A stretch of DNA of 41,136 nt, taken from contig JABHFC010000440.1 in the NCBI GenBank assembly GCA_018676275.1, positions 1 through 41,136 of the forward strand, written 5' to 3'. The position numbers were made by a program, and so were the translations under genes. Below, in pieces: positions 1-9,327 of this stretch; the stretch's first letter is position 1, and every line of letters begins with the position of its first letter. Origin of the DNA: Gammaproteobacteria bacterium. Its GTDB lineage: Bacteria > Pseudomonadota > Gammaproteobacteria > Eutrophobiales > Eutrophobiaceae. Below the pieces are notes generated by a model, which was given only the letters and a program-made list of their open reading frames with translations, was not told where the DNA came from and ran no database searches.

Positions 1-54
1 AAGGCCTACACGGCCAGCTGCACCAAAAATCAATACTTTTTTTGTACTTTTCAC
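1..54 (-). CDS. 5' fragment (18 codons) of an NAD(P)-binding Rossmann-fold protein; the rest lies off the left edge
   Basis: The minus strand reads VKSTKKVLIFGAAGRVGL, a GxxGxxG dinucleotide-binding start. An AGGAAG Shine-Dalgarno (complement of 61-66) sits 6 nt upstream of the GTG at 54-52. The fragment is too short for a family call. Confidence 0.4.
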   Translation of the reverse strand, partial: MKSTKKVLIFGAAGRVGL

Positions 55-283
55 AAATATCTTCCTAAGGGTTGATACTCAATTTTATTATCGGCAGCTC
101 ATTAGTTTTGCCGTTATTTCGTTAATCTGCAATAGCAAAAGAAAGTTGAAGGCTAATATGTTATGGAAGTTGAACGTCCACTTTTGCAGAGGTAGAGCAG
201 ACGATTAGAATCAACAAAATTACCCTCTGCTTACGTCAGCTTTATGCCAAAAGCGGACAGATAGTTTCTCAGAAGGCCGTGGT

Positions 284-1393
284 CTATTCTCGCTGATAGC
301 CGCCCGAAACACCTTCCTTAGAAAAAACCAATTGCCATAACTGCAGCTGTCGACTGCGGAAGGCTCCGGCGTTGGTCATCAGAAAATAGCGCCACATGCG
401 GTAGAATCGCTCATCGTATTGCTCGGCAAGCTCTGGCCAGTGCCGCTCGAAGTTCTCAAGCCAGGCCATCAGCGTGGTATCGTAGTAGGCGCCAAAGTTA
501 TGCATATCTTCCATGACAAACACTTTTTCGGTGGCGCGGGAGATATCTGCCATGGACGGTAATTGAGCATTGGGGAAGATATATTTGTGCGACCAGGGCT
601 CGGCGGCGTTGCGGCTTTTCAATCGGCCGATGGTATGCAGTAGGAACAGGCCCCCGGGTTTCAGGCAACGGCGTGCCACCTGCATGAACTCGCGATAATT
701 CTTGCGGCCCACATGTTCGAACATACCGATGGAAACCACATGGTCAAACTCGCCTTGTAGTTCTCGATAATCCTGTACCAATGCCCGCACCGGTAGACCG
801 GCGTAGCGTTCCTCCACCCACTTGCCCTGCTCCTTCGATACAGTTACCCCGAATACTTCCGCGCCATAACGCTCGGCGGCGAAGCCAGCAAAACTTCCCC
901 AGCCGCAACCTATATCCAGTACCCGCTGGCCTGATTTCAAACCTATCTTACGGCAAATCAGATCCAGCTTGGCCTCTTGGGCAGCATCAAGATTATCCGA
1001 GTCTTTCCAGTAGGCACAGGAGTAAGCCATGCGCTTGTCGAGCATACGCTCAAACAGATCATTGCCGAGATCGTAGTGGGCCTCGCCCACCTGAAAGGCC
1101 CGTCCCATACTTTGCAGGTTGATCAAGTGCGCCTGCAACGTCGGCAAGAGCAGGGAAAGAGGCGCGATCTTCCTACGCAGTTTGGCGTGAATGACATTGG
1201 TAATAAACTGGTCAACACTGTCACAGTCCCACCAGCCCTCCATGTACGCCTCCCCCAGTCCCAGTGTGCCTTTGACCAAGATACGTTGATATAAACGATC
1301 ATCATGAACCTGCATGTCCCATGGCCGGTCACCGTCAATCCGGACATCTGCCAACATCAGTAATTCTTTAATTTTCTTGTGTGCAGTATTCAT
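284..1393 (-). CDS. cfa: cyclopropane-fatty-acyl-phospholipid synthase (SAM-dependent)
   Basis: 369-aa ORF with the SAM-binding motif VLDIGCGWG. Length and overall sequence are typical of the CFA synthase / mycolic acid cyclopropane synthase family (YDLGNDLFERMLD, YSCAYW, HMFEHVG-like FEHVGRKNY). Confidence 0.9.
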   Translation of the reverse strand: MNTAHKKIKELLMLADVRIDGDRPWDMQVHDDRLYQRILVKGTLGLGEAYMEGWWDCDSVDQFITNVIHAKLRRKIAPLSLLLPTLQAHLINLQSMGRAFQVGEAHYDLGNDLFERMLDKRMAYSCAYWKDSDNLDAAQEAKLDLICRKIGLKSGQRVLDIGCGWGSFAGFAAERYGAEVFGVTVSKEQGKWVEERYAGLPVRALVQDYRELQGEFDHVVSIGMFEHVGRKNYREFMQVARRCLKPGGLFLLHTIGRLKSRNAAEPWSHKYIFPNAQLPSMADISRATEKVFVMEDMHNFGAYYDTTLMAWLENFERHWPELAEQYDERFYRMWRYFLMTNAGAFRSRQLQLWQLVFSKEGVSGGYQRE

Positions 1394-1572
1394 TAAGGTT
1401 AAGGCAACACCGGTTCACCGGAAGGGATTAGTTTATCAGGCTTCCTGAAAATCAATAGGGAGAATTGTTATTAATGCGGATGTCTCCTGTGGGTCGTTAG
1501 CGGACCTTCATTCTGAAACCTGTTCGCTTGAATGCATTCCATTATGTGTGACGATATTTGGTTGACTGTTCA

Positions 1573-2781
1573 CTAATTATCTTTATTGAAGCCATTGCTC
1601 TTCCAAAACTCTTTTTGTGCTTCTGTGACTTTGAAAAGGTAACGGCGGGATTCCTGGCTTGGATGTTTGTTGATTAATTGATCATAAACCTGGTTTGAAG
1701 ATAACTGGTTTATTTTGTCAATTGCTTTGGAACGGTCCCCAGAAAAGGTCTTTAATACGTTACCTGCACCGCCATTGTAGGCAGAAATAACAGAATAACG
1801 ACGGGCATTATTGTCTCGAACTTTTACCAGGTATCGTTCCTGCAAAATTTTCAGATAGGCAGTACCCGTATCAATATTATTTTCAGGATCGTACAAATAT
1901 TGAGGACTGGGTTGCCCCGGTTTTTGTTTTATTTTCTCGAAAACATCTCGTCCTGCTGTTCGCGGGACTATCTGCATCAGTCCATAAGCCGGAGCATGGC
2001 TGACAGCAAAAGGATTAAAGCTGCTTTCTGTCTTTATTACGCCGTATATAAGACTTTCGGTGACGTTATATTTCTTGCTATATTTCTGTACCAGGGAAGC
2101 ATATTTATAAGCACGCACCTGCTGATGCGTGGCGACAAGAGGAAATTGGACTCGTAAGCCATCATGTTTACCCAGACGTACTTTTTCCAGCTTGTTATTT
2201 ACCAGATATTCAGCGTAGCGCTTCGCGCGCCACTCCCAGGCGATGGCCTGACCTTCGTGATCAAGCACCTGGTCAAAGAGAAATGGTTTACCTGATTTTT
2301 CCGATTTGGGAGCTGCGTCGGAATAAAGATCTACTTCTCTTGGATCATCAGGGGTAAGCAAAGTGGTGATGATCGCTTTTTTCAGATAGTTGTGTTGTTC
2401 GCTCGGCGCAACTGTCTCGACAGTTACCCGTCCCGCCTCAAAATCTATATGGGCTCGGTTATAGTACTTATCGGTGTACTTAACATAGTCTTTTGGACCG
2501 GGTTCCTGTGGGTCCTCTTCTCCCCATATTTCATCAACAATGCGTTTAAACTTTTTCAGCTTCGCTTTTAGTGCTTTGAGTTCTTGCGGCAGGTTTTCCG
2601 GGTTGCTAACAATTGCGCGCCCTTTTTGTTTCAGTACTTTTCCGGCGCGGTCTACAGGATCACCGGATCTGGCAATATCAGTAATATCCCGAATGTTTTG
2701 ACTATTGCAGCCGGAGAGCAATAGCAGCGTCACTAATAAAAAATAGCGATGTCGTTTTTGGTTTTGTATTTGAAAAATCAC
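1573..2781 (-). CDS. mltC: membrane-bound lytic murein transglycosylase C-like lipoprotein
   Basis: SLT catalytic region (GVIKTESSFNPFAVSHAPAYGLMQIVP) preceded by an MltC-type N-terminal domain (KYTDKYYNRAHIDFEAGRVTVETV). The track ORF runs to 2874, but I prefer a GTG start at 2781. That start gives a standard lipoprotein signal (KRHRYFLLVTLLLLSGC); the longer form would have a 56-aa leader. Confidence 0.8.
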   Translation of the reverse strand: MIFQIQNQKRHRYFLLVTLLLLSGCNSQNIRDITDIARSGDPVDRAGKVLKQKGRAIVSNPENLPQELKALKAKLKKFKRIVDEIWGEEDPQEPGPKDYVKYTDKYYNRAHIDFEAGRVTVETVAPSEQHNYLKKAIITTLLTPDDPREVDLYSDAAPKSEKSGKPFLFDQVLDHEGQAIAWEWRAKRYAEYLVNNKLEKVRLGKHDGLRVQFPLVATHQQVRAYKYASLVQKYSKKYNVTESLIYGVIKTESSFNPFAVSHAPAYGLMQIVPRTAGRDVFEKIKQKPGQPSPQYLYDPENNIDTGTAYLKILQERYLVKVRDNNARRYSVISAYNGGAGNVLKTFSGDRSKAIDKINQLSSNQVYDQLINKHPSQESRRYLFKVTEAQKEFWKSNGFNKDN

Positions 2782-2976
2782 CTGCTCATTTCCCGGTTTA
2801 AAGCTCGTTCCTATATTACTTCCTGTTAGCTGATAAATACATTTTTGCCAGAAAATAGCATTTCGTCTCTTCAATCATTCGTTTCATCGAACTTAACTTT
2901 CCATTTAATAAAAACTGTTTAGTCTTGGCAGCACTTAAACACACACACAATTTTAAATTTTACAGAGGGAAAAACA

Positions 2977-3303
2977 ATGAACATTTTTAATAAACAAAAT
3001 TTACTGACTTTAGCTCTTGTCACCACATTTGCTGTTCCAGCTATTAGTACCGCAGCTGCTATGAATACAGGCAGAAATGTAAATCCGGTTACAGTTTCAT
3101 TTGCAGATCTGAATTTGACTGAGGATAAAGGCGTAGAAACACTTTATGGTCGCCTCAAAGTTGGCGCTAAACAATCCTGTGGAACAGTAAGCGCTAGACA
3201 GCTTAATCTTTTCAGGTCCAACAAGGAATGTTTGGAGACTGCGTTGACCGATGCGGTTGAAAGTATTAATAACGAGAAACTGTCCGAGCTTCACTCTTCA
3301 TAA
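2977..3303 (+). CDS. UrcA-family secreted protein
   Basis: 108 aa with a signal peptide (LALVTTFAVPAISTAAA). It has the characteristic VTVSFADLNLTEDKGVETLYGRLKVGAKQSCG block and a second Cys (ECLETALTDAVESIN), as in UrcA-family proteins. Confidence 0.65.
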   Translation: MNIFNKQNLLTLALVTTFAVPAISTAAAMNTGRNVNPVTVSFADLNLTEDKGVETLYGRLKVGAKQSCGTVSARQLNLFRSNKECLETALTDAVESINNEKLSELHSS

Positions 3304-3323
3304 AACCGGAAAGTTATCATAAT

Positions 3324-3355
3324 CAGGACACGTTCAAAGAGTTGAGCGTGTCCTG
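3324..3355. terminator. bidirectional rho-independent terminator between convergent genes
   Basis: CAGGACACGTTCAA-AGAG-TTGAGCGTGTCCTG: a 14-bp stem with one mismatch and a 4-nt loop. It is followed by TTATTT on the + strand and flanked by an AT-rich run on the other side. It lies between the stops at 3303 (+) and 3367 (-). Confidence 0.7.
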
Positions 3356-3366
3356 TTATTTCAAAG

Positions 3367-4494
3367 CTAAAGAATATTATTAAGAGCCTGTTCCAGGTTG
3401 CCGATGGTGCGGTCAACATTATTCAGTTTTTCAAGACCAAAAAGACCAAGACGAAAAGTCTGGAAATCTGCAGGCTCGTCACATTGTAGTGGTACTCCGG
3501 CAGCAATCTGCAAGCCTTCCCCCAGAAACTTCTTGCCGGATTGAATTTCAGCATCCTCGGTGTAGCTTACGACGACTCCCGGTGCCTGGAAACCTTCAGC
3601 AGCGACACTTTTAATACCTTTGCCTTCGAGTAACGCTCGTACTCCCTTACCAAGAGCCAGTTGGTCATCACGCGCCTTATCCAATCCATAGCTTATAGTT
3701 TCATTCATAACATTACGAAAACGGGTAAGGCTGTCTGTAGGCATTGTGGCGTGGTATGCATGAGCCCCATTCTCATAAGCTTGCATTATTTGTAACCATT
3801 TTTTTAAATCGCAGGCAAAGCTGGTACTGGTGGTTGATTCGATTTTTTCCCTGGCGGTTTCATTTAGCATGACCAGGGCACAACAGGGGGAGCCACTCCA
3901 GCCTTTTTGTGGAGCACTGATAAGGATATCAACGCCAGTCTTTTGCATATCGACCCAAAGTGCTCCGGATGCAATGCAATCCAGCACAAACATACCACCA
4001 ACAGCGTGAACCGCATCAGCAATAGCTTTGAGGTAGTCATCTGGTAATAACATACCAGAGGCTGTTTCAACATGAGGAGCGAAGACGAGATCCGGTTTCT
4101 CTGATTCGATAGTTGCGATAACTTCTTCAATAGGAGCGGGCGCAAAAGCGGCGTGTTTGCTGTCATCTACCCGCCTGGCTTTTAGTACAGTGGTGGATGC
4201 AGCAATGCTGCCCATATCCAGAATTTGGCTCCAGCGAAAACTAAACCAGCCGTTTCGAATCACCAGACATTTCTTGTCATTGGCGAACTGGCGTGCCACC
4301 GCTTCCATACCAAAGGTGCCGCTGCCGGGTACAACAACTACAGCGTTGGCGGCGTAGACCTGTTTTAAAGTGGCGGAAATATCATTCATCACTGTCTGAA
4401 ACGACTGCGACATATGGTTTAGAGAGCGGTCTGTATAGACCACCGAATATTCGAGTAGTCCCTCTGGATCTACATCGGGTAATAAGCCTGGCAT
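3367..4494 (-). CDS. class-V (AGXT/AEP-transaminase-like) PLP-dependent aminotransferase
   Basis: 375 aa with N-terminal YTDRSLNHMS, PGSGTFGMEA and a PLP-lysine context SAPQKGW. These are typical of serine-pyruvate / alanine-glyoxylate / 2-aminoethylphosphonate aminotransferases. Substrate is not assignable. Confidence 0.75.
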   Translation of the reverse strand: MPGLLPDVDPEGLLEYSVVYTDRSLNHMSQSFQTVMNDISATLKQVYAANAVVVVPGSGTFGMEAVARQFANDKKCLVIRNGWFSFRWSQILDMGSIAASTTVLKARRVDDSKHAAFAPAPIEEVIATIESEKPDLVFAPHVETASGMLLPDDYLKAIADAVHAVGGMFVLDCIASGALWVDMQKTGVDILISAPQKGWSGSPCCALVMLNETAREKIESTTSTSFACDLKKWLQIMQAYENGAHAYHATMPTDSLTRFRNVMNETISYGLDKARDDQLALGKGVRALLEGKGIKSVAAEGFQAPGVVVSYTEDAEIQSGKKFLGEGLQIAAGVPLQCDEPADFQTFRLGLFGLEKLNNVDRTIGNLEQALNNIL

Positions 4495-4592
4495 GTTTTA
4501 CTCCTGCTGGAAAAGCAGCGGATATTGTCTGAACTTGGCTTGCAAGGCAAGAGCTTAGTTTGTCTCCGTGTCCATGATGAGCTGTAGACTTA

Positions 4593-5771
4593 TTATCCGA
4601 AGGTAAAGTGCTGAGTTTGATGTGCGTCTATATAGTCCCAGTCGTAACTGACACCAAGACCGGGCCCGTCTGGTACCGGCACATAACCATCAGAAGGCAT
4701 GTCTTCGGTTTGGTCAGAATAGCCACAGGTGTAGACAGGCGGCACCATATTCGGCATATCCGGGCCGACCAGAGCCAATTCATACATGAGGGTATTACGC
4801 ATTGCCGAGATGCACAGGCGATGAGCCGGGCCTACTGCGTGTAATTGAAGGTCAAGCCCCAGGGCTTCGCAAAAATGGGCAATTTTCATCACACCAGTGA
4901 TACCCATATCATATTCCGGATCCGCATGGATCATGTCGCAGCCACCATTAATAAGAAATGACGCTTTTTGTTCGAGACCGCGGACATGTTCACTTATTAG
5001 CAATGGTGTTTTCAACTTTTCTCTGAGACGCTGATGACCAAAAGCGGACACTGACAGATCACGGTAAGGATCTTCATACCAGAGGCAGTTAACTTCGTCT
5101 GCTACTTTGCCAAGTGCAAGCGCATCCATCCAGGTACGTAACATACAGGCAGGATCGATCATCAGGGCATAATCATCACCGACTCGTTCACGAACACCAC
5201 GCAGGTTAAGCGCTTCCCGGTTTACATCACCAGTTTTCCAGCCATGGATCTTAAACCCATGAAAACCGATTTTCTTACAGTGTTCGGCATAATCTGCGTA
5301 ATCCTCAGCAGTGTTCAGGCCGCCTTTACTTTCCTGTCCACCGTATGTGCTGGCATAAGTTGGCAAACGATCTCGATAACCCCCGAGCATGGATTTGATC
5401 GATACATTGTGCATTCTACCAACCAGATCCCAGATAGCGATATCGAGCGCACCGTGGCCCATATGATCATAGGCGCGTATTTCCCACTTAAGCATATCGT
5501 AGATTTCTTCACGCAATTCAGGATCGCGACCAAGTAGTAATGGCGCCAGCATACATGCCTGTCCGAATGAGGAGGGCGTGCCAACCCAATTGGTGACATA
5601 GCCACCTTCGATGCCTTCATCATTTTTGATACGTACGGCCCAGCGTTTCGGCGAGAATTTCGAACCTTTAACGTAGGCCATATTGCCGACGCCAGCAGCA
5701 GCTGTTTCGAGCCCGATATTTTCGACACTGAAACTAAATTCAGTTAACGAGACTGATGTGATTTTCGTCAT
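4593..5771 (-). CDS. enolase-superfamily enzyme (mandelate racemase / muconate lactonizing enzyme family), paralogue 1
   Basis: MR/MLE-like barrel with candidate metal ligands in MIDPA, WYEDP and ISEH contexts. I chose the ATG at 5771 because AGGGGA lies 7-12 nt upstream. The track's longer form starts at a GTG at 5789 inside that Shine-Dalgarno. Confidence 0.85.
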   Translation of the reverse strand: MTKITSVSLTEFSFSVENIGLETAAAGVGNMAYVKGSKFSPKRWAVRIKNDEGIEGGYVTNWVGTPSSFGQACMLAPLLLGRDPELREEIYDMLKWEIRAYDHMGHGALDIAIWDLVGRMHNVSIKSMLGGYRDRLPTYASTYGGQESKGGLNTAEDYADYAEHCKKIGFHGFKIHGWKTGDVNREALNLRGVRERVGDDYALMIDPACMLRTWMDALALGKVADEVNCLWYEDPYRDLSVSAFGHQRLREKLKTPLLISEHVRGLEQKASFLINGGCDMIHADPEYDMGITGVMKIAHFCEALGLDLQLHAVGPAHRLCISAMRNTLMYELALVGPDMPNMVPPVYTCGYSDQTEDMPSDGYVPVPDGPGLGVSYDWDYIDAHQTQHFTFG

Positions 5772-5796
5772 GTGCAATCCCCTGACCACATAATTT

Positions 5797-6705
5797 CTAT
5801 TTTCCTATGTTTATATCCAGCCAGTAATTTTCGTCATCACTTAAATGCCTGATATAACCAGCGGTAGGTGTCGGAAAATGTGTGCCAATAATTAGTACAT
5901 CGGAATCGACATATTTTGAAAACATTTCTTTGCGTGTCTGTAGTCCTTTACTCTGGTCATCATCTGCCGAGCTACACCAGTGAGGCCGTGACATCTGCAC
6001 AGGATGGTGAACAAAGTCACCTGTTATCACGGCTTCTTTGCCTTCTGAACTTATGTGTACGCTGACATGACCTGGGGTGTGCCCGGGTGTGGGTATCAAA
6101 TTTACTCCTGCGCATACCTGATGTTCGCAATCAACCAGATCCATTAAACCGGCCTCTACAACAGGACGCACCGATTGTTGCATTACCGGGCCGATTTCGA
6201 TTTCATCTTCATGAGCATTCCAGTGATTCCATTCTTCTTTTGCAAACAAATAACGTGCATTGCTGAATGTTGGAACCCACTTATCATCCACGAGCATCGT
6301 ATTCCAACCAACATGATCAACATGTAAATGTGTGCAAAGTACGGTATCAATCGATTCGGCAGGATACCCGGCATCTTCCAGATCGCTGAGGAAACCTGTC
6401 TGCATCTTATCCCAGTCAGGAACGGCGAGTTGCTTGTCATTACCAATACAGGTGTCAACCATTATTCTTTTTTCACCTGTATCGATGATCAATGCATGTA
6501 CACTGAGAATAAGATCACCATCATCATTCATGAAATGTGGCTTCATCCAGTCAAGAGATAAGCACAGATCATTTTCAGCATCAGGTAAAACAAAAGCATT
6601 ATTGCCACTGACAACTAATTCGACGATACGTGTTATTTTAATCTTACCGATTTGCCATTGTGTAGAGTTGTCTCTATCAGTAATACATTCTTTAAATGCC
6701 ATCAT
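5797..6705 (-). CDS. MBL-fold metallo-hydrolase (lactonase-like)
   Basis: 302 aa with the HxHxDH motif (THLHVDHVGW), downstream His (TPGHTPGH) and Asp/His ligands, as in AHL-lactonase-like metallo-beta-lactamase fold proteins. Confidence 0.85.
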   Translation of the reverse strand: MMAFKECITDRDNSTQWQIGKIKITRIVELVVSGNNAFVLPDAENDLCLSLDWMKPHFMNDDGDLILSVHALIIDTGEKRIMVDTCIGNDKQLAVPDWDKMQTGFLSDLEDAGYPAESIDTVLCTHLHVDHVGWNTMLVDDKWVPTFSNARYLFAKEEWNHWNAHEDEIEIGPVMQQSVRPVVEAGLMDLVDCEHQVCAGVNLIPTPGHTPGHVSVHISSEGKEAVITGDFVHHPVQMSRPHWCSSADDDQSKGLQTRKEMFSKYVDSDVLIIGTHFPTPTAGYIRHLSDDENYWLDINIGK

Positions 6706-6726
6706 AGCGTTTCTCCCGATTTATAA

Positions 6727-8007
6727 TTAATCAAACAAGCGCTTGCCCGAGGCAAACAGCAAATAAAATATCAGCCCAAAAAAATAAACGGCAGCAGCGA
6801 CTTGAAAAACCAGCGCCCAAGAACCTGTCCAACCGAGAATCAGACCACTGATATAAATACCGATAATGCCGGGGATAGTGCCAGCGGTATTTGATAAACC
6901 CATTAATACTCCAGCGTAACGCGGCGCAATGTCGAGATGGTTGACGATAAAACCACCAGCAGAAAAAGCGATAAAAACATTTGCCAGGGTCATTAATGCA
7001 ATGGCTGCGGGAGCACTTTGTACATAGCCAACGAACATTAATATTATTGCCGGACCGCCAAAGCCTATCGCTTGCATAGACTTACGAATAGTTGTTGTTT
7101 GCCAGCCGCGCTGAGCCAATTTATCCGCAATCACTCCCGCTATATTAAAAAATAGAAAGGCGGCTATGTAGGGAAACATTGCAAAAATTCCGACAGAAGC
7201 AAAATCAACGTTTAAACCCTTGTTTACGTAAGTTGGTAACCAGGCGAGCAGGACATAAGTACCCCAGTTGGAACAAAAATGTCCAATGATGATGGCCCAG
7301 ACTGCAGGTGATGAAAGTAAAACTTTCCAGGGAGGCGCTTCGGTTGCGTCACTAGGAGCGGCGTCTTTACTTATCAGCTCGCGTTCCTGTTTGCTAATGC
7401 CAGGGTGATTATCCGGGTAGGAAGTGACCGCGTATTGCCAGATGGCAAACCATATTACGCCAAACAAACCAAAGGAATAAAAAGCCCATTGCCAGCCATA
7501 GTTGAGTACGATCCATGGCGTTACTAATAAGCCAAACACAACTCCTAAAGGGATAGCCGAAAAAGTCGCGCCAATGGCACGAGCGCGTTCCTGTTGTGGC
7601 AACCAGCGACCATAGATGCTGTAGATTGCCGGTAGCGCAACTCCTTCACCTGCACCCATTCCAATTCGAGCGAGGATAAGACCAGTGACTCCGGCCAGCG
7701 CGGCAAAAGGTGTAATAAAGGTAAATATCGACCAGATAAGAACCGCGAACCCGAGTATTAACTTGCCACCAAAACGATCTGCGAGTCGCCCACCTATAAC
7801 CTGTGTCAATAAATAGCCGACAAAAAATGAGGATAATATTGTGCCCTGAACTTCCGGTTGCCATCCGAGTTCTTTGGACATAGGGATGATGGCTACAGAA
7901 ATATTCACGCGATCCATGTAGCAGACGAACATGGCTGCGATGGACAGGCCGGTAAGTGTAAAACGTTTTGGCCAGTATTCTCTCAGGGACAGAGCCTGTT
8001 GAGTCAT
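6727..8007 (-). CDS. MFS transporter, anion:cation symporter (ACS) type
   Basis: 426 aa, about 12 predicted TM segments, and an MFS loop motif GGRLADRFGGK. It resembles the organic-acid / sugar-acid permease subfamily. Confidence 0.85.
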   Translation of the reverse strand: MTQQALSLREYWPKRFTLTGLSIAAMFVCYMDRVNISVAIIPMSKELGWQPEVQGTILSSFFVGYLLTQVIGGRLADRFGGKLILGFAVLIWSIFTFITPFAALAGVTGLILARIGMGAGEGVALPAIYSIYGRWLPQQERARAIGATFSAIPLGVVFGLLVTPWIVLNYGWQWAFYSFGLFGVIWFAIWQYAVTSYPDNHPGISKQERELISKDAAPSDATEAPPWKVLLSSPAVWAIIIGHFCSNWGTYVLLAWLPTYVNKGLNVDFASVGIFAMFPYIAAFLFFNIAGVIADKLAQRGWQTTTIRKSMQAIGFGGPAIILMFVGYVQSAPAAIALMTLANVFIAFSAGGFIVNHLDIAPRYAGVLMGLSNTAGTIPGIIGIYISGLILGWTGSWALVFQVAAAVYFFGLIFYLLFASGKRLFD

Positions 8008-8057
8008 AATGAGGTTTAACTATCCTTTAGTGACAAGATTGAGAGTTTAGATCTTCG

Positions 8058-9164
8058 CTAGGGCATTCTTAATATTGGTTTGATTACCTCACCTGTACCG
8101 GCACTGTCATGAACGGCCTGGTTGATATCGGCGAAATCATAGAATTTCACAAAACGATCATAAGGTAGCCTTCCAGCGCGGAATAATTCAGCCAGGTAAG
8201 GTACAAAATTCTGTACGTTGGCTTCGCCCATAACGACACCACGAATACCACGACCGAACACCACCTGGTCCATTTCCAGGGGTACAGTTATTCCTGATGG
8301 CGTAACACCTACCTGTGCGCACCAGCCTGGTGGTGTTAAGCAATTAACAGCTTGTATTACGACTTCGGGCACACCGGTGCATTCGACGGAATAATTTGCA
8401 CCGCCGCCGGTTATGGACTGAATGTTTTCAACAACATCTTCCTCTTGTGCATTAACGATCGCTGTTGCGCCAATTTCCATTGCCATTTCAAGTCGTGATG
8501 GATTCACATCAATAACAATAATTTTCTCACAGCCCGCTAAACGCGCGCCCATAGCTGCCGAAAGTCCAACAGTACCGGCACCGAAAATTGCGATACTTGA
8601 GCCGGGGTTTGGTTTTAGAGCATTCATAACGGTACCAACACCGGTAGTCAGACCGCAGCCCAGTGGACCCAATAATTCCAGCGGTAAATCCTTTGGAACT
8701 TTGATAACACCGGGAGCCGATGCAATAACGTTTGTGGAGAATGATGATTGTCCCACAAAGCGACCACGCATTGGTTCGCCATTGCAAACAAGACATGAAC
8801 TACCGTCTACTCTTTCGCCAGTTAGATTACGTTCGACAAATTCTTTGCAGTAAAAAGGTAAGCCCTGATGACAGTTACTACAGTGTCCACAGGAGTCACC
8901 ACATAACACTACATGATCGCCGACCTTAACATGAGTAATAGCGCCACCTACTTCCTCGACGACGCCAGCACCTTCGTGACCGAGAACCATAGGCAAAGGT
9001 AGTGCGAAAGATTGTTCTTTGACGGCGATGTCAGTATGGCAGATACCGGTTGCCTTGATTTTGACTCTTACTTCATTGGCCAGCGGAGGTAGTAAGTCCA
9101 TTTCGACGAGTTCGAAAGGTTCTTCTGGTGAGCGTGCGACCGCGGCAAGTGTCTGTATTGTCAT
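8058..9164 (-). CDS. Zn-dependent NAD(P) alcohol dehydrogenase (aryl/benzyl-alcohol-DH-like MDR)
   Basis: GICHTD and GHEGAG catalytic-Zn motifs, the structural-Zn cysteine cluster CGHCSNCHQG, and a Rossmann GAGTVG. Confidence 0.85.
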   Translation of the reverse strand: MTIQTLAAVARSPEEPFELVEMDLLPPLANEVRVKIKATGICHTDIAVKEQSFALPLPMVLGHEGAGVVEEVGGAITHVKVGDHVVLCGDSCGHCSNCHQGLPFYCKEFVERNLTGERVDGSSCLVCNGEPMRGRFVGQSSFSTNVIASAPGVIKVPKDLPLELLGPLGCGLTTGVGTVMNALKPNPGSSIAIFGAGTVGLSAAMGARLAGCEKIIVIDVNPSRLEMAMEIGATAIVNAQEEDVVENIQSITGGGANYSVECTGVPEVVIQAVNCLTPPGWCAQVGVTPSGITVPLEMDQVVFGRGIRGVVMGEANVQNFVPYLAELFRAGRLPYDRFVKFYDFADINQAVHDSAGTGEVIKPILRMP

Positions 9165-9252
9165 TTCTATATCTCTTTACTGGGACCTTACAACAAAATT
9201 CATTTCTATAGCAGACCTGGTTAAGAACAAGCATGTTCGAAGCTTCAGTAAA

Positions 9253-9318
9253 AGTATAGAGGAGCTGATCTGTGTGACTTTTACTGTGGATGCCAGCTTT
9301 TTATCTTTTGGTGCCAAA
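9253..9318 (-). promoter_or_regulatory. activator-type promoter module, copy 1: 41-bp conserved element (9278-9318) plus -10 TATACT (complement of 9253-9258)
   Basis: CTTTTACTGTGGATGCCAGCTTTTTATCTTTTGGTGCCAAA matches the copy at 23040-23080 at 37/41 positions (hand count). It contains TGCCA twice, 21 bp apart. The -10-like hexamer sits 25 bp from the element edge, exactly as in the other two copies. It faces the ADH-MFS-MBL-enolase-aminotransferase operon. Confidence 0.6.
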
Positions 9319-9327
9319 GCTGGTATT

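Noticed and set aside
170-262. Nested inverted repeats downstream of cfa (TCCACTTTTGCAGAGG ... CCTCTGC ... GCCAAAAGCGGA), considered as a terminator or small RNA.
   Set aside because: The stems are short (7 bp plus an interrupted outer stem of about 10 bp), the loop is long, and no U-tract is present on either strand. The evidence is insufficient without expression or covariation data.
781-1347. Antisense or overlapping ORFs inside cfa. Similar 60-147 aa ORFs are embedded in most large genes (for example 5315-5728, 8422-8853, 16140-16583, 21824-22063, 35511-35795).
   Set aside because: Each lies entirely within a longer ORF that has clear family motifs. None has a ribosome-binding site, and their composition is skewed (Arg/Ser/Pro-rich or low complexity), as expected for out-of-frame or antisense translation.
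9278-9318. Reading the TGGCA-containing 41-bp element (all three copies) on the minus strand as a sigma-54 (-24/-12) promoter, for example CTGGCATCCACTGCA.
   Set aside because: The GG-to-GC spacing in TGGCAT-CCAC-TGCA is two bases shorter than the TGGCAC-N5-TTGC consensus. The other TGGCAC has no TTGC at the right distance. No enhancer-binding protein gene is nearby, and a sigma-70-type -10 sits at a fixed offset instead.
9019-9327. 5' extension of the AraC-family ORF given by the ORF track (start at 9019).
   Set aside because: The extension overlaps the 5' end of the divergent ADH gene on the other strand and runs through the promoter element. The translated sequence has no AraC-like features. 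The ATG at 9328 gives a normal-length regulator.
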